A DNA stretch of 57,836 bases from Porticoccaceae bacterium (GCA_051306415.1 JBPPNE010000074.1:1-57836), one strand, 5' to 3'; shown: positions 1 to 12,189, counted from the first letter of the stretch. Notes: generated by a model not told the origin, from the sequence alone. Translations and numbers: made by a program.

Positions 1-1
1 C

Positions 2-91
2 TACAACCGGCAGCGGCGACACTCGAGACTGGGCAACCTCTCACCGGCGGCGTTTACTCAACAGTTTTACCGGCAGCAGCAGGCGGCCTGA
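2..91 (+). mobile_element. 3' end of an IS3-family (rve/DDE) transposase ORF, cut by the window edge
   Basis: Frame 2 reads YNRQRRHSRLGNLSPAAFTQQFYRQQQAA with stop TGA at 89-91. This is the conserved C-terminal tail pattern of rve integrase-core transposases. GTGTCCAC at 106-113 and a ...CA end at 130-131 resemble an IS3-group terminal repeat (recalled, not searched). Confidence 0.6.
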
Positions 92-100
92 TACGGCGAC

Positions 101-361
101 TCATGGTGTCCACGGTTGACGACCTAGCTCAAGTTCCAGACTTGTTCTATCAATGTCGAAGCCGGTTCTTTGCGCCAATTCGAACAGGCTGGGCGGATTC
201 CAATACTCGGGCACAAACAGGGGCTCGGTAAGTCCGAATGGCGCCATAAGCAAGCTCGTCCACCACATTTGCCTTCGATGTTGATCGAACGCGAGGAACA
301 ACAGCAGCCATGGCACGAGAAAAGCGCTCGACCACACCAGCCAGACGTAGTGATAATTCAT
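101..361 (-). CDS. hypothetical membrane protein, 3' end probably replaced by the IS terminus
   Basis: 86-aa ORF with two hydrophobic helices (VWLVWSSAFLVPWLLLFLAF, WWTSLLMAPFGL). Its last ~10 codons lie inside the putative IS end (<=131). No family recognised. Confidence 0.3.
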   Translation of the reverse strand: MNYHYVWLVWSSAFLVPWLLLFLAFDQHRRQMWWTSLLMAPFGLTEPLFVPEYWNPPSLFELAQRTGFDIDRTSLELELGRQPWTP

Positions 362-440
362 GTTGCGGTTGGGTCACGCATTGCTGCCACGGCGGACGTC
401 CAAGGGAAAAGGTGCGATCTACGACATCCAGGCAACCTGT

Positions 441-1739
441 TCATAGCCAGCCTCCCGTGAAACCCGCTCGCCGCAAGCCGCTGACAATGTAGGGACAGTT
501 TCGCATCAGTCGCCACATCAGGCCGCTACGATAGTTTTCGATCATCAAAACGATCGGCCCTTGATTTATGCCGTAATGCCACGGCGATACCCAGCCGTAG
601 GGATTGCTGCGCTTGTCCGGGTAGGTCGGATTGAACGTTGCCTTGAAACCGCAGGTATTGCCCAATTCCAGGTCGACTTCATGTACCAGATAGTTGATTG
701 CCGGCAACACGATTTCCGGCGCGAACGGTAGCGACGCCACCACAACCCATGGCGCGACGGTGCCGTCGTCCGGTCCGTACGGTACTCCACGCCCCAGGTA
801 ATCGAAGAACTGCCGCTCGATGCCGTTCACTTTGATGGTGTCAGGGCCGGGGCCATCGCTCGCGGTGATCCCCCAGCAGTCTTTGCCATACCCTGCAAAC
901 TTGAGCGGATTGTCGATCGCGTATTGTTGCTGCACATAGGTCGCGCGGCGGGAGTTTTCGAAGTAGTCGATACCTTTTTCGCGCATGAACGCGTCTTGAA
1001 TGCCACGAAAATCGATCCAGAGATGCGAAATCTGATGCGTAAATAACGGTCCGGCGTAAAGATAATCGTATCCGCAGTTATTTTTCCACTCGTAAGTAGA
1101 AGCCCAGGCTGCGTAGCTGCTCTCCGGCAGCGGATGGGTGGGCGAGCCAAGCCCCAGGATATACAGCACAAGCGCCTCGTCGTAGCCTTCCCAACGGTAC
1201 GCGAGAAATCCGCTTTCGGGTTTCCAACCGTGTGTAACCGTCAGGCCACCGTTTTGAGCCCACGGCCAGTCGGCGCGGCGATAAAGGGCGTCAGCAACGT
1301 CACGTATTTCCATTTCCTCAGCCGTGTCCGCGTCAAAATACGCCCCGGCCGTCAACGCACCGGCGAGCAGAATGGCGCTATCCACGGTCGACAATTCGCA
1401 TTGCCACGCGCGCCGTCCGGTCTGCATGTCGAGAAAATGATAATAAAACCCATGGTGGCCGGTAGCGTCGGACTCGGGGCCTTGCGGGCTGTCCCGGAAA
1501 AAACGCAGTGTGGCGAGGATTGTCTTGATCGCCGCTGTGCGCGTGATGAGCCCGCGCTCGACCGCGACCGGATATGATGCCAGGGCGAGGCCAGTGGCGG
1601 CAATGCTGGCGGGCCAATCGGCCGCGGTCTTGTCGAGCACCAGTCCATTTTGCGGATTAGTCCAGAGCAGAAAGTATCTGAAGGTATCGCGCTGCAATGA
1701 TTCCAGTTCAGTATCGGCCGTGGGTTTGTCGGTGTTCAT
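441..1739 (-). CDS. GH144/DUF3131-like 'glucoamylase family' protein (putative endo-beta-1,2-glucanase), cytoplasmic
   Basis: 432-aa ORF with no signal peptide. Blocks WPASIAATGLALASYPV, GFYYHFLDMQTG, WEGYDEALVLYILGLGSP and YFENSRRATYVQQQYAIDNP match my recollection of this family. It is adjacent to a GH94-like gene and has a paralog at 45018-46319. Confidence 0.65.
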   Translation of the reverse strand: MNTDKPTADTELESLQRDTFRYFLLWTNPQNGLVLDKTAADWPASIAATGLALASYPVAVERGLITRTAAIKTILATLRFFRDSPQGPESDATGHHGFYYHFLDMQTGRRAWQCELSTVDSAILLAGALTAGAYFDADTAEEMEIRDVADALYRRADWPWAQNGGLTVTHGWKPESGFLAYRWEGYDEALVLYILGLGSPTHPLPESSYAAWASTYEWKNNCGYDYLYAGPLFTHQISHLWIDFRGIQDAFMREKGIDYFENSRRATYVQQQYAIDNPLKFAGYGKDCWGITASDGPGPDTIKVNGIERQFFDYLGRGVPYGPDDGTVAPWVVVASLPFAPEIVLPAINYLVHEVDLELGNTCGFKATFNPTYPDKRSNPYGWVSPWHYGINQGPIVLMIENYRSGLMWRLMRNCPYIVSGLRRAGFTGGWL

Positions 1740-1917
1740 GGTTTCACAGGGTCTGCGATTCGGACGTCAACTCAATCGTGACGGAAGCGACCGCATGCGG
1801 CGGTAGCGCGGCATCAAGCGAATTTTTTGGTCCGATCATCTTCTTTCCTCAAGAAATGGCCACTCAGCGGCACCCGTTCAACAGCACCGTTGACGATGGT
1901 CTGCGCCTCATCAAGGT

Positions 1918-4900
1918 CTAGCCGAGCACAACGCGCAGCGTATGGGTTTGGCCGTCATCCGCCAAGGCAATCGCGTCTGTGGCAGTGAGCGCTTTGGCGT
2001 CGAGTTCAACGCGAGTTATCCCGCGACAGACATGGCCTGGATTTTCGACCGTGATGACGTAACGGGTGATGGCGTGTTGCCGGCCGCGCCGCCGGTAGGT
2101 GAGTTGGAAGCCGGCCCAATGTTTCGGAATGCACGGATCGATGCGCAGTTGGTCGCCGCGCAACTGGAAGCCGAGCACGGCCTCGAGACCGGCGCGATAC
2201 AGCCACGCGGCGGAGCCGGTGTACCAGGTCCAGCCGCCGCGGCCGATGTGCGGCGCAACCGAATAGACGTCCGCGCTGACGACATAGGGTTCCACCTTGT
2301 AGCGTGCCACGGCGTCGGCACTGTCGCTGTGGTGGATCGGGTTGAGCAGGTCGAACAGCGCACCGGCGCGATCGCCGTCACCGAGCCTGGCCCACGCAAA
2401 GACCGACCAGATCGCACCGTGTGTGTATTGGCCACCGTTCTCGCGTATGCCAGGCGGGTAGGCCTTGATATAGCCGGGATTCTTCGTGCTGTTGTCAAAC
2501 GGCGGAGTGAACAGTCGCGCGATCTGGTGCTGATGATCGACCAGCAGGCGATCGACCGAGGCCATGGCCTGCGCCGCGTGATGCGGGTTCGCTGCGCCAG
2601 CCAGCACGCTCCACGATTGCGCGATGGTATCGATTTGGCATTCCCCGCTTTCGTGCGAGCCCAGTGGCGTGCCGTCGTCGTAGTAGCCCCGGCAGTACCA
2701 CTGGCCGTCCCACGCCTGTTCCAATGCAACGCGCATGTCGGCGGCATAGTCGCGCCAGCGTTTTACGCGCTCGGTTTCGCCGCGCTGCTCGGCATAGGGC
2801 GCGAACGCCGCGATGGTGGCCAGCAGAAACCAGCCGAGCCAGCTGCTTTCGCCACGGCCCTGTTCACCGACGCTGTTCATGCCATCGTTCCAGTCGCCGG
2901 TTTCGATCAGCGGCAGTCCGTGCGCGCCGCGGGTCAGGCTGGAGTCGAGCGCGCGGGCGCAGTGTTCGTACACGCTGACTTTCCGGTCGGACTCGGTCGG
3001 TTGAAAGAGCGTGGTGGTGGCATCGGCAGGAATGACTTGGCCGACCAGGTAGGGCAACACTTCGTCCAGCACCGCGGCATCGCCGGTCACGTCGACATAG
3101 TGTGTGGCGACGTAAGTGAGCCAGATGCGGTCGTCGCTGATCTTGGTGCGGATGCCCTGACCGCCCGGCGGCAACCACCAGTGTTGCACGTCGCCCTCGG
3201 CAAATTGGCGCCCGGCCGCTCGCAGCAGATGTTCGCGGGCGAGATCGGGCCGGCTCACGCACAGCGCCATCACATCCTGCAACTGATCGCGATAACCATA
3301 CGCGCCGCTGGCCTGATAGTAGGCGGTACGCGCCCACAAGCGGCAACTCAGCACCTGGTACAGCAGCCAATCGTTGAGCATGATGTCCATCGCCCGATCC
3401 GGCGTGCGTACCTGTACGGTGTCGAGCAGGTCGTTCCACTGGGCGGCAACTTCGCCGAGTACCTGCTCGATGTCGGTCGCGCGATATTTCTCGATCAATG
3501 TCCGTGCTTCTGTTTCGTCAGCGGCATCACCGAGCAGGAAGACGATGTCAATCTGTGTATTCGGCGGCAGTTCGATTCGCGTCTGTAGTGCGCCGCACGG
3601 ATCAAGACCTGCGCCAAGGCGACCCGACAGCGGCGTGTTGTCTTGCAGCGCGGCAGGTTGGTCGAGCGCGCCGAACGGGCCGAGAAACGCGCCGCGATCG
3701 CCGCTCATCGAACATTGCTGGCCAGCCAGATCGACGAACGCGACGTGTCCGTCAAAATCACTGCGCCACGGATTGCGCGCAAACAGCGCACCGGTTTGCG
3801 CATCGCGCGAGGTGATCACGAACGGCGCCGGTGTGGTGCCGTTTGCGCCCAACGCCCATTCGACATAGCCGGTGATCGACAAGCGCCGCGTGCGCGCCGA
3901 GCGGTTGCACAGACGCAGCCGCGACAGCTTGATGGAATCGGCCACCGGCACGCACATGGTCAACTCCAAATCGATGCCGTGCGCATCGTTGGTGAAGCGG
4001 CTGGTGCCCTTGCCATGCAGGATGTGGTATGTCGCACCTGAGACGCGAATCGGCAGCGCGGTGGCGCTCCACAATGCGCCGCTGTCTTCGTCGCGCAGAT
4101 ACAGCGCCTCATGCGGACTGTCGCTGACTGGATCGTTCGGCCACGGCGTGATCGGATTCTGCTGGCCGTTGAGCGACCACGCATAGCCGCCGCCCTCGGC
4201 CGACACGAGGAAGCCGAACGCAGGGTTCGCGATCACATTGACCCACGGTAGCAGTGTGCAGCGCTCGTCGTCGAGATGGATGCGATACGAACGACCGGTC
4301 TGGCTGAAACCGCCGCTGCCATTGGCGAATTCCAGTGGGCTGTCCGGCGCGCTGGCGGCTTGTGCCGGCGTGCTGGCGCGGATGGGCGCGCCAGTCATGC
4401 CTGGCGCCGGTGCGGCAAGATCCGTGGTGCGTAGGGGTTCGTTGGCGTCGATCAACACGCGCGCCGCCGTCAGTAGGCCGTTGCGCAAGTCGTCGCTGAT
4501 CGCGCTGTCACGCAATGCAATCAGTTCGACTTTGACCGCTGCGGTGTCTGTTTTCAGCTGCGCCTGCTGCGCACTCACCAGCGGCTCAAGCGCACGGTGC
4601 AGCGCATCGCCGGCGGCGCCGGCAGCCGTATTCAAAAGCACCACATCGACGGCTAACTGCTTGCTGCGCCAGTCGTTTTGCGCCCGCAGCAACTCCTGCA
4701 CGCGCGCCAGCTCGGCCATGTTGTCGAGGCGCAGCAGCACGATCGGGCGATCACCGGAAATGCCGGCCGCCCACAGCGTGGGCGGGCCGCCGCGACCGCG
4801 CGCCAACGCGTCAGCTGCAGCGCGTTGGCGCGGATCGCTGATTACCACCGCACTCAGCCAGTGCGCAGAACGGGCGGCTTGCGCCGCGTCGGTGCCGGGG

Positions 4901-5832
4901 GGCGCGTGTTCAGCCGCGGCGTGGCGCGCGGCGCTGGTGAACAACTTCCCGGCGGCGTTCGCGTTGTCCAGCTGTGCGGTCAATGCCAGCGCGCCCTCTC
5001 GCGAATCGGCCAGTCGCGTCCACAGCAACAGCCGCACGCTGGCGCCGGGCGCGAGCGTAACGCGTTGGCGCAGGCTGAAGATAGGATCGAGCACGTAGCC
5101 GGTGGTGTTCGACAAGCTGGCGCCCGGCTGCATCGCCTGCGCATTACGCAGCGTGCGGCAGCGGCCGAGAAAACGCGCGCGATCGGTTTCATATTCGAGC
5201 GCGCGGTCGGCCGGCTGGCCCTCGATCTGCAGTGCGTGCGCTGCCCAGATAGCCGGCTCACTGTCCGCGCGCCGCCGCCGCGTGGCCAGTAACACGCCAT
5301 GTCGCGCATCCCATTCGGTTTGCACGAACATCTTGGAGAACGCCGGATGCGCGTTGTCGGGGCCGGCCGGGCCGACCACCAACTCGGTGAAGGAGATCAG
5401 CGATAACGTGCGTGGTTTGTCGCCATGGTTGTTCAGGGTGAGGCGGCGCAGCTCGATATCGGCTTCGCTGGCCACGGCGATTTCCAACGTGCTGTCCAGC
5501 GTGCCATCGCGGCGGACAAACTCGGCGCGGCCGGCGCTGAAATTCACCACATAATCCTGCGCTGCCGCGCCCAAGGGTTGCCGCGTGGCCGACCACACCG
5601 CGCCGCTGTCCTCGTCGCGCAGCAGCAGATAACTACCCCAGTTATCGCGGGTGGCATCTTCGCGCCAGCGCGTGACCGACAGGTCGCGCCATCGGCTGAA
5701 ACCAGAACCGCTGTCGCTGAGCATGACGCTATACGTGCCGTTCGAGAGCAGGCACAGCCGGCGTGTGGCGATGGCGGGGGGAGACGTGAGAGAGGGCATG
5801 GGCGATCCTGTCCGGGGGCGATGAAACTTCAA
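1918..5832 (-). CDS. GH94-family glycoside phosphorylase-like protein (NdvB C-terminal-like; candidate beta-1,2-oligoglucan phosphorylase)
   Basis: 1304-aa ORF. It carries the GH94 catalytic-region motif [13 protein letters not shown] and an alpha/alpha-barrel-type C-terminal half. Its start overlaps the tkt stop by 4 nt. Confidence 0.7.
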   Translation of the reverse strand: MKFHRPRTGSPMPSLTSPPAIATRRLCLLSNGTYSVMLSDSGSGFSRWRDLSVTRWREDATRDNWGSYLLLRDEDSGAVWSATRQPLGAAAQDYVVNFSAGRAEFVRRDGTLDSTLEIAVASEADIELRRLTLNNHGDKPRTLSLISFTELVVGPAGPDNAHPAFSKMFVQTEWDARHGVLLATRRRRADSEPAIWAAHALQIEGQPADRALEYETDRARFLGRCRTLRNAQAMQPGASLSNTTGYVLDPIFSLRQRVTLAPGASVRLLLWTRLADSREGALALTAQLDNANAAGKLFTSAARHAAAEHAPPGTDAAQAARSAHWLSAVVISDPRQRAAADALARGRGGPPTLWAAGISGDRPIVLLRLDNMAELARVQELLRAQNDWRSKQLAVDVVLLNTAAGAAGDALHRALEPLVSAQQAQLKTDTAAVKVELIALRDSAISDDLRNGLLTAARVLIDANEPLRTTDLAAPAPGMTGAPIRASTPAQAASAPDSPLEFANGSGGFSQTGRSYRIHLDDERCTLLPWVNVIANPAFGFLVSAEGGGYAWSLNGQQNPITPWPNDPVSDSPHEALYLRDEDSGALWSATALPIRVSGATYHILHGKGTSRFTNDAHGIDLELTMCVPVADSIKLSRLRLCNRSARTRRLSITGYVEWALGANGTTPAPFVITSRDAQTGALFARNPWRSDFDGHVAFVDLAGQQCSMSGDRGAFLGPFGALDQPAALQDNTPLSGRLGAGLDPCGALQTRIELPPNTQIDIVFLLGDAADETEARTLIEKYRATDIEQVLGEVAAQWNDLLDTVQVRTPDRAMDIMLNDWLLYQVLSCRLWARTAYYQASGAYGYRDQLQDVMALCVSRPDLAREHLLRAAGRQFAEGDVQHWWLPPGGQGIRTKISDDRIWLTYVATHYVDVTGDAAVLDEVLPYLVGQVIPADATTTLFQPTESDRKVSVYEHCARALDSSLTRGAHGLPLIETGDWNDGMNSVGEQGRGESSWLGWFLLATIAAFAPYAEQRGETERVKRWRDYAADMRVALEQAWDGQWYCRGYYDDGTPLGSHESGECQIDTIAQSWSVLAGAANPHHAAQAMASVDRLLVDHQHQIARLFTPPFDNSTKNPGYIKAYPPGIRENGGQYTHGAIWSVFAWARLGDGDRAGALFDLLNPIHHSDSADAVARYKVEPYVVSADVYSVAPHIGRGGWTWYTGSAAWLYRAGLEAVLGFQLRGDQLRIDPCIPKHWAGFQLTYRRRGRQHAITRYVITVENPGHVCRGITRVELDAKALTATDAIALADDGQTHTLRVVLG

Positions 5833-7949
5833 CGTGCCGCAGCGTCAGTACGCACGGCGTCACGTGAGGCTTCCTGATGGGGCGGTGTCGGAGGGCCGGA
5901 GATAAAAGCCAGCAGCGCCCTGGCGCGCGCGACCACATTGTCGACCGTGAAGCCGTACTCGCGCAGAAGAACCTCGGCCGGGGCGGAAGCACCGAAGCGT
6001 TCGATGCCGAGCATATCGCCGCGGTCACCGACGTAGCGGTACCAACCCTGGGACACGCCCAGCTCCACGGCCAGTCGGGCAGGCACGCTCGGCGGCAGCA
6101 CGTCGTCGCGGTAGCTTTGCGGCTGTGCATCAAACAGTTCCCAGCTCGGCATCGACACGCAGCGCACGGCGACGCCTTCATTTTGCAGACGCTCGGCGGC
6201 GGTGAGGATCAGGCCGACTTCGGAGCCGCTGGCGATCAAGATCAGTGCGGGTTGGCGATCCTTCGCGTCGCTCAGCACATACGCGCCACGGCGCAGGCCG
6301 TCGGCGCTGGCATAGCGGCTGCGGTCGAGCGTGGGCAAGTCCTGCCGGCTCAGTACCAGCAGCACCGGGCGGCCGCAGGTTTCCACGGCCACCTTCCACG
6401 CCACCGCGGTTTCGTTGGCGTCGGCGGGTCGGATCACGGTGAGGTTGGGAATCGCGCGCAGGCTGGCCAACTGTTCTACCGGCTGGTGGGTGGGGCCGTC
6501 TTCGCCGAGCGCAATGCTGTCGTGGGTGAACACGTGCACCACGTGCACGCCCATCAACGCGGCGAGGCGGATCGCCGGTCGCATGTAGTCGGAGAAAATC
6601 AGGAAGGTGGCGCCGTACGGGATGAAGCCGCCATGCGCGGCCAGTCCGTTGACGATGGCGCCCATCGCGTGCTCGCGCACGCCGAAGTGCAGGTTGCGGC
6701 CGGCGTAACTCCAGCCGCCGCTGTCGGCGCCCTGGGTATCGTCATCCTGACCGGACTGCGGATTGAAATCGCCCAGCCCTTTCAGTGCAGTGTGGGTGGA
6801 CGGGTCCAGATCGGCCGAACCGCCTCCAAGCGCAGGCAGTTTCGGTGCGAACGCATTCATGACCTTGCCGCTGGCGACGCGGGTGGCCATGCCCTTGGCA
6901 TCGGCGGGAAAGACCGGGATGTCCGCATCCCAACCCGATGGCAGTTCACCGCGCAGGCGACCTTGTAGTTCTTTCGCCAACTCGGGAAATGCCTTGGCGT
7001 AGGCGTCCAGCCGTTCGTTCCAATCGGCCTCGACCTTCGCGCCACGACCCAGTGCCTCGCGAAAATGCGCCAGCGCGGGCTCGGGCACCAGAAACGGCGG
7101 ATCGACCGGCCAGCCAAGCTTTTCCTTGGTTCTTTTTACATCCTCAACGCCGAGCGGCGATCCGTGTGCCTTGTAGCTATCCTGCTCGGGCGAGCCAAAG
7201 CCAATATGGGTACGCACCAGAATCAGCGAGGGTCGCGTGATGTCGGCGTGGGCGGCGTCCAGCGCGGCGCTGATCGCGGCCACGTCGTTGCCCTCGGCCA
7301 CGCAGATAGTCTGCCAGCCATAGGCTTCGAAGCGTTTGGCGCGATCTTCAGAAAATGTGATGTCGGTGCCGGCCGATAGCGTGACGTAGTTGTCGTCGTA
7401 CAGGCAGACCAACTTGCCCAGCTTGAGGTGTCCGGCCAGTGAGGCGGCCTCGGAGGCGACTCCTTCCATCAGGTCGCCGTCGCTGACGATGGCCCAGGTA
7501 TGGTGGTCGATCAGCGTGTGGCCGTCTCGGTTGTAGCGTGCGGCCAGACTCGCTTCACCGATCGCCATGCCGACTGCGTTCGCCAACCCTTGCCCGAGTG
7601 GCCCGGTTGTGACTTCAACACCCGGCGTATGCCCGCGCTCGGGATGACCCGGCGCCTTGCTGCCCCACTGGCGGAACTGCTTGAGGTCGTCCAGGGAGAG
7701 ATCGTAACCGGTCAGGTGCAGCAGGCTATAGAGCAGCGCCGAGCCGTGTCCGGCGGAAAGCACGAAGCGGTCGCGATCGAACCAGTGCGGATTGCGCGGA
7801 TTGTGCTTGAGCCGGCGTGTCCACAGCACATAGGCCATCGCCGCCGCACCGAGCGGCATGCCTGGGTGCCCGCTGTTGGCCTGCTGCACGGCGTCTACCG
7901 ACAGAAACCGCATGGTGTTGATGCAAAGCTGATCGAGTGGGTCTGACAT
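5829..7949 (-). CDS. tkt: transketolase
   Basis: 706 aa. The N-terminus [33 protein letters not shown]...FVLSAGHGS is typical of transketolase across the full length. Confidence 0.95.
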   Translation of the reverse strand: MSDPLDQLCINTMRFLSVDAVQQANSGHPGMPLGAAAMAYVLWTRRLKHNPRNPHWFDRDRFVLSAGHGSALLYSLLHLTGYDLSLDDLKQFRQWGSKAPGHPERGHTPGVEVTTGPLGQGLANAVGMAIGEASLAARYNRDGHTLIDHHTWAIVSDGDLMEGVASEAASLAGHLKLGKLVCLYDDNYVTLSAGTDITFSEDRAKRFEAYGWQTICVAEGNDVAAISAALDAAHADITRPSLILVRTHIGFGSPEQDSYKAHGSPLGVEDVKRTKEKLGWPVDPPFLVPEPALAHFREALGRGAKVEADWNERLDAYAKAFPELAKELQGRLRGELPSGWDADIPVFPADAKGMATRVASGKVMNAFAPKLPALGGGSADLDPSTHTALKGLGDFNPQSGQDDDTQGADSGGWSYAGRNLHFGVREHAMGAIVNGLAAHGGFIPYGATFLIFSDYMRPAIRLAALMGVHVVHVFTHDSIALGEDGPTHQPVEQLASLRAIPNLTVIRPADANETAVAWKVAVETCGRPVLLVLSRQDLPTLDRSRYASADGLRRGAYVLSDAKDRQPALILIASGSEVGLILTAAERLQNEGVAVRCVSMPSWELFDAQPQSYRDDVLPPSVPARLAVELGVSQGWYRYVGDRGDMLGIERFGASAPAEVLLREYGFTVDNVVARARALLAFISGPPTPPHQEASRDAVRTDAAAR

Positions 7950-7987
7950 GGCTATTCCCTATATATGTGCAAATAGTGCGGTGCGCG

Positions 7988-9634
7988 TCAATGCTCCGTC
8001 AGCGCGCGGTCGACGATGGCCTGCGCCTCGCTCAACAGGCTGCGCAGGTGGTCTTCGCCGCGAAAGCTCTCCGCGTAAATCTTGTAAATGTCCTCGGTGC
8101 CGGACGGCCGCGCAGCGAACCAGCCGCTGGCGGTGACCACCTTGATGCCGCCGATCGGCGCGTGGTTGCCCGGCGCGCGGTCGAGCACATGCTCGATCTG
8201 CTCGCCGCCCAGTTGCGTGATCCGCACCTGGTGTGGCGAGAGTTTCGCCAGCTTCTGCTTCTGCCCGGGCGTGGCCGGTGCCTCGACACGGTCAGCCACC
8301 GGCTCGCCGAGGTCGCGGGCAAGCTCGCGGTAGCGTTCGCCGGGATCGCGGCCCAGGCGTGCGGTAATCTCCGCCGATAGCAACGCCGCGACAATACCGT
8401 CTTTGTCTGTCGTCCAGACGCTGCCGTCCTGACGGATAAACGCTGCACCGGCACTCTCTTCCCCGCCAAAGCCGAGCGAGCCGTCGAGCAAGCCATCCAC
8501 AAACCACTTGAAACCGACCGGCACCTCAAAGAGCCCGCGGCCGAGTTTCGCCGCGACGCGATCAATCATCTGGCTGCTTACGACTGTCTTGCCGACCGCC
8601 GCATCCTTGCTCCACTTCGGTCGATGCTGGAACAGATAGTCGATGACCACCGCCAGATAATGATTCGGCGGTAGCAATCCGGCGCCGGGGGTCACGATGC
8701 CGTGGCGGTCGTGGTCGGTATCGCAGGCGAAGGCGATGTCGAAGCGATCCTTGAGGCTGATCAGGCTCTGCATGGCGTAGGACGAGGAGGGGTCCATGCG
8801 AATCTGACCGTCCCAATCGACCGTCATGAAGCGGAAGGACGGATCGACGACTTCATTCACCACCGTGAGATTCAAACCATAGCGCTCGGCGATCGCGACC
8901 CAGTAGTGGACACCGGCACCGCCGAGCGGATCGACGCCCATGCCGATGTTTGCGTTACGAATGGCCTCCATGTCGAGCACCTTGTCGAGATCGTTGACGT
9001 AAGCGTTGAGGTAGTCGTGTCGGTGCGTGGTGGCGGCGCGCAGCGCCTTCTCGAAAGGGATTCTTTTCACGCCCTGGAGGCCGTCTTTCAGAAACGCGTT
9101 GGCCTGTGCTTCGATCCATCCGGTGACGCCGGTATCCGCTGGCCCGCCGCTGGGCGGGTTGTACTTAAAGCCGCCGCTGTCGGGCGGATTGTGCGACGGC
9201 GTGATGACAATGCCGTCCGCCAGCCCGCTATCGCGGCCGCGGTTGTAAGCAAGTATGGCGTGCGACACCGCGGGGGTGGGCGTGTATTCGTCCTTATCCG
9301 CAAGCATGACGTCCACACCGTTGGCCGCCAGCACTTCGAGCGCGCTGGCAAACGCTGGCTCGGACAGCGCGTGCGTGTCGATACCCAGAAACAGCGGGCC
9401 ATCAATGCCCTGCTGTGTCCGGTACTGGCAAACGGCCTGAGTAATAGCGAGCACATGCCCTTCATTGAAACTGTTCTCGAACGCGGAACCGCGATGCCCC
9501 GAGGTGCCGAACGCGACCTGTTGCGCGGGCACCGAGAAGTCAGGTATGCCGGTATAGTAGGCCGTCACCAGTTTGGGGATATTGGCCAGCATCGCCGGCG
9601 GGGCGGGTTTCCCTGCCAAAGGATTTGCTTTCAT
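7988..9634 (-). CDS. pgm: phosphoglucomutase (alpha-D-glucose phosphate-specific type)
   Basis: 548 aa with the active-site loop [16 protein letters not shown]. The start overlaps the fba stop by 4 nt. Confidence 0.9.
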   Translation of the reverse strand: MKANPLAGKPAPPAMLANIPKLVTAYYTGIPDFSVPAQQVAFGTSGHRGSAFENSFNEGHVLAITQAVCQYRTQQGIDGPLFLGIDTHALSEPAFASALEVLAANGVDVMLADKDEYTPTPAVSHAILAYNRGRDSGLADGIVITPSHNPPDSGGFKYNPPSGGPADTGVTGWIEAQANAFLKDGLQGVKRIPFEKALRAATTHRHDYLNAYVNDLDKVLDMEAIRNANIGMGVDPLGGAGVHYWVAIAERYGLNLTVVNEVVDPSFRFMTVDWDGQIRMDPSSSYAMQSLISLKDRFDIAFACDTDHDRHGIVTPGAGLLPPNHYLAVVIDYLFQHRPKWSKDAAVGKTVVSSQMIDRVAAKLGRGLFEVPVGFKWFVDGLLDGSLGFGGEESAGAAFIRQDGSVWTTDKDGIVAALLSAEITARLGRDPGERYRELARDLGEPVADRVEAPATPGQKQKLAKLSPHQVRITQLGGEQIEHVLDRAPGNHAPIGGIKVVTASGWFAARPSGTEDIYKIYAESFRGEDHLRSLLSEAQAIVDRALTEH

Positions 9635-10656
9635 TCGTTCTCCATCACGGCTGTGTATTTGCCTTGCGCAGCCGCGCTATTTAATCGCGCTCGCTTGTAT
9701 AACCCTTGCTGCGCAATCGACTTGTTCGCGGCCTCGCCGCGCCAAGCCTGGAGCACGGATGCCTGCAACGCGCGCCCGTATGAAAAGCTCAAGACCCAAG
9801 GTTGCTTCTCGACAGCGGCGTTCAAGGCATGGAGGTTGGCAGTGGCCGTTGCCTCGCCCTGACCACCGGAAAGGAAGTTGATCCCGGGCACCGCTGCTGG
9901 CACCGTGCGCCGCAGGCAGATAAGCGTTGCTTGCGCCACCTGTTGCGGCGTAGCGGGCTCCGGGCATGCGCGACCAGGCTCGACCATATTGGGTTTCAAA
10001 ATCATGTGCTCCAGCGTAACGCGTTGCCGGTGCAGCGCGTGAAATACCGCATGCAGGACTTCCTCCGTGACGCGTGCGGAAGTCGCCAGCGTGTGATCGC
10101 CGTCCATTAATACCTCGGGCTCCACGATAGGCACCAACTCTTGTTCCTGGCAAATGGCCGCATAACGCGCCAGCGTATATGCATTGCTTGCAATCGCCTG
10201 CGGCGTCGGGATATCCGCACCGACATGAATGACCGCGCGCCATTTGGCGAAACGCGCGCCCAGTTGCTTATACTCGCTTAGCCGCTGCGCCAGACCATCC
10301 AAGCCTTGCGTCACTGTCTCTCCGGGAAAGTTAGGCATCGGCACCGTGCCTTTATCCACCTTGATGCCGGGCACTATGCCCTGCGCTTGCAGTAACTTTA
10401 CTAGCGGAACGCCTGCGACACTTTTCTGTATAAGGGTCTCCTCGAACAGGATGACGCCGCTAATAAAACCATCCAGGCCGGGCGTGGAAAATAACAGCTC
10501 ACGGTAATCACGCCGGGTTTCCTCGGAGCTTGCTACATTCACCGCCTTGAACCGCTTTTCAATGGTGCCCACGCTCTCATCGGCCGCCAGAATTCCTTTA
10601 CCCGGCGCCGTTAGCTCGGCTACCGTCTTTGCTAACGCTTGTATGGATATCGACAT
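9631..10656 (-). CDS. fba: class I fructose-bisphosphate aldolase
   Basis: Motif [18 protein letters not shown]. The ATG at 10656 is preceded by GAGGTAGG and lies downstream of the preceding gene's stop (10703), so the ORF-track start at 10755 is rejected. Confidence 0.85.
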   Translation of the reverse strand: MSISIQALAKTVAELTAPGKGILAADESVGTIEKRFKAVNVASSEETRRDYRELLFSTPGLDGFISGVILFEETLIQKSVAGVPLVKLLQAQGIVPGIKVDKGTVPMPNFPGETVTQGLDGLAQRLSEYKQLGARFAKWRAVIHVGADIPTPQAIASNAYTLARYAAICQEQELVPIVEPEVLMDGDHTLATSARVTEEVLHAVFHALHRQRVTLEHMILKPNMVEPGRACPEPATPQQVAQATLICLRRTVPAAVPGINFLSGGQGEATATANLHALNAAVEKQPWVLSFSYGRALQASVLQAWRGEAANKSIAQQGLYKRARLNSAAAQGKYTAVMENE

Positions 10657-10702
10657 AAAACCTACCTCAGTTATCAGCGATCCGATAGTTTGAGCCGCAG
10701 TG

Positions 10703-11299
10703 CTATGTGCGGCGTGTATCGTTGAGCAGATGGATGACTGGCTCGTCCAAGTCATGATCGTACCCCAGAATACTCACGGAGGCCGTCGCAAGGTACAGGC
10801 GACGCGCTTCGAACGCAGGCAGCGCGATCCAGCGCGCAATGAGGATGCGTAATATGTGACTGTGCGCGAAGATCAGCACATCGCTTTCCAGCGCACGGAT
10901 CCGAGCAATGACACGTTCCGCGCGCGTAGCCACCTCCGCCAATGTTTCCCCGCTCGGGCAACCGTCTTCGAACAGACGCCAGCCGGGGTGCTCGGCCTGA
11001 ATATCGACAGTACGCATACCCTCGTAATCACCGTAATCCCATTCCATCAGATCAGGATCGATCTCTGCCGAGTCACCGAAACCCGCCAACTCGCCAGTCC
11101 GTTGTGCCCGTCGTAGCGGGCTGGTGAATACGTTGGCAAAACTCAAACCTTGCAAGCGCGCTCTCAATTCCTGCGCGGCGTGCTCGCCCCGTTCGGTAAG
11201 CTCAATGTCGGTACGACCGGTGTGCTGTCCGCTGATCGACCAAGCGGTCTCACCATGCCGAACCAGATAGACTTTGGGTAATACGTTACTCTTGTGCAT
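10703..11299 (-). CDS. histidine phosphatase (PGAM-like) family protein
   Basis: 198 aa. The N-terminal VYLVRHGETAWSISGQHTGRTDIELTERGE contains the RHG catalytic motif. Start and atpG stop share one nt (TAATG). Confidence 0.8.
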   Translation of the reverse strand: MHKSNVLPKVYLVRHGETAWSISGQHTGRTDIELTERGEHAAQELRARLQGLSFANVFTSPLRRAQRTGELAGFGDSAEIDPDLMEWDYGDYEGMRTVDIQAEHPGWRLFEDGCPSGETLAEVATRAERVIARIRALESDVLIFAHSHILRILIARWIALPAFEARRLYLATASVSILGYDHDLDEPVIHLLNDTRRT

Positions 11300-12189
11300 T
11301 ATTTCTCCTCTACACTCAGTGCTTCGAAGCCGGAGACGACGTCGAATAATTCCTCGTCAATATCGCTCTGACGCAGGCGATGAAACGTTCGGTTCAGGGT
11401 TTCCAGCAATTCGTCGATGTTTTTTTCGGCACGTTGCATCGCAGCCAGGCGGCTGGCGTTTTCGCTTGCCAGGGATTCGGCACATGCCCTGAAAAGTGAA
11501 ACGAAAAGATATTCGCGAAGCAGGGCACGCAACGTCTGCACCCCGCTATTCATGACCTCGGGCAAATTCCGGGTCGGCCAGCGGATGGCAATCAGATCGC
11601 GCCGCCACATTTCATCCAGCGGCAACAATCGTTGGCTCACGGGAGTATAGATCGCGCCAGACTCGGGACGGTTATGAAAAAGGTAAACCTGCGTGATCGC
11701 GCCCTGTTCACGCTGGGCTTCCATCTCGATCAGAATCTGCCCAATCAGAGGGGTAATGGCGTTGATTGAGTTCGGCAGGACAAAGCCTTCCCCCAGTTGT
11801 AGATCGGACTCCGCCAGGCGCGATTGAATGCGTTCACCGACCGCCCAGACTGTTTTTTGACCTGGCAGATTGTCCAGCGTCTGCACCACAAAGTCCGCCA
11901 TGACCTCATTGAATTGCCCAACCAGCCCCTGGTCAGATCCAAACACGATGGCACCTATCGCCCCGGTTTCCTTTTGCGGCGCTGGCGTCAAGGCATTCGC
12001 GGTTTCCCCTTGCCAGAAACTCGCGGCCAGGCCCAGTTGCACGGTCCGATAATAATCATCCAGCGCGCGCACCGCGTTCTCGTATTGCCCGATGTTCGAC
12101 GCGGCCAAGGCCTTCATCGTGCGCACCACGGATTCGAGATCGCCGGCCGTGGCGATCTTGCGGCGCAGGCTGGCCGTGGTGTTGCTCAT
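11299..12189 (-). CDS. atpG: N-type (alternate) F1 ATPase gamma subunit
   Basis: 296 aa. The N-terminus LRRKIATAGDLESVVRTMKALAASNI and the C-terminal helix RLRQSDIDEELFDVVSGFEAL are gamma-like. It is the last gene of the atpDCQRBEFAG order. Confidence 0.8.
   Translation of the reverse strand: MSNTTASLRRKIATAGDLESVVRTMKALAASNIGQYENAVRALDDYYRTVQLGLAASFWQGETANALTPAPQKETGAIGAIVFGSDQGLVGQFNEVMADFVVQTLDNLPGQKTVWAVGERIQSRLAESDLQLGEGFVLPNSINAITPLIGQILIEMEAQREQGAITQVYLFHNRPESGAIYTPVSQRLLPLDEMWRRDLIAIRWPTRNLPEVMNSGVQTLRALLREYLFVSLFRACAESLASENASRLAAMQRAEKNIDELLETLNRTFHRLRQSDIDEELFDVVSGFEALSVEEK

Noticed and set aside
1942-3588. Long plus-strand ORFs (for example 1942-3588, 8702-9862, 11824-12555, 20927-21637, 39756-40568, 51778-52941) opposite the called genes
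   Set aside because: All lie antisense to strongly supported minus-strand genes in GC-rich DNA. Their translations are Arg/Ala/Gly-rich without recognisable motifs. These are typical shadow ORFs.
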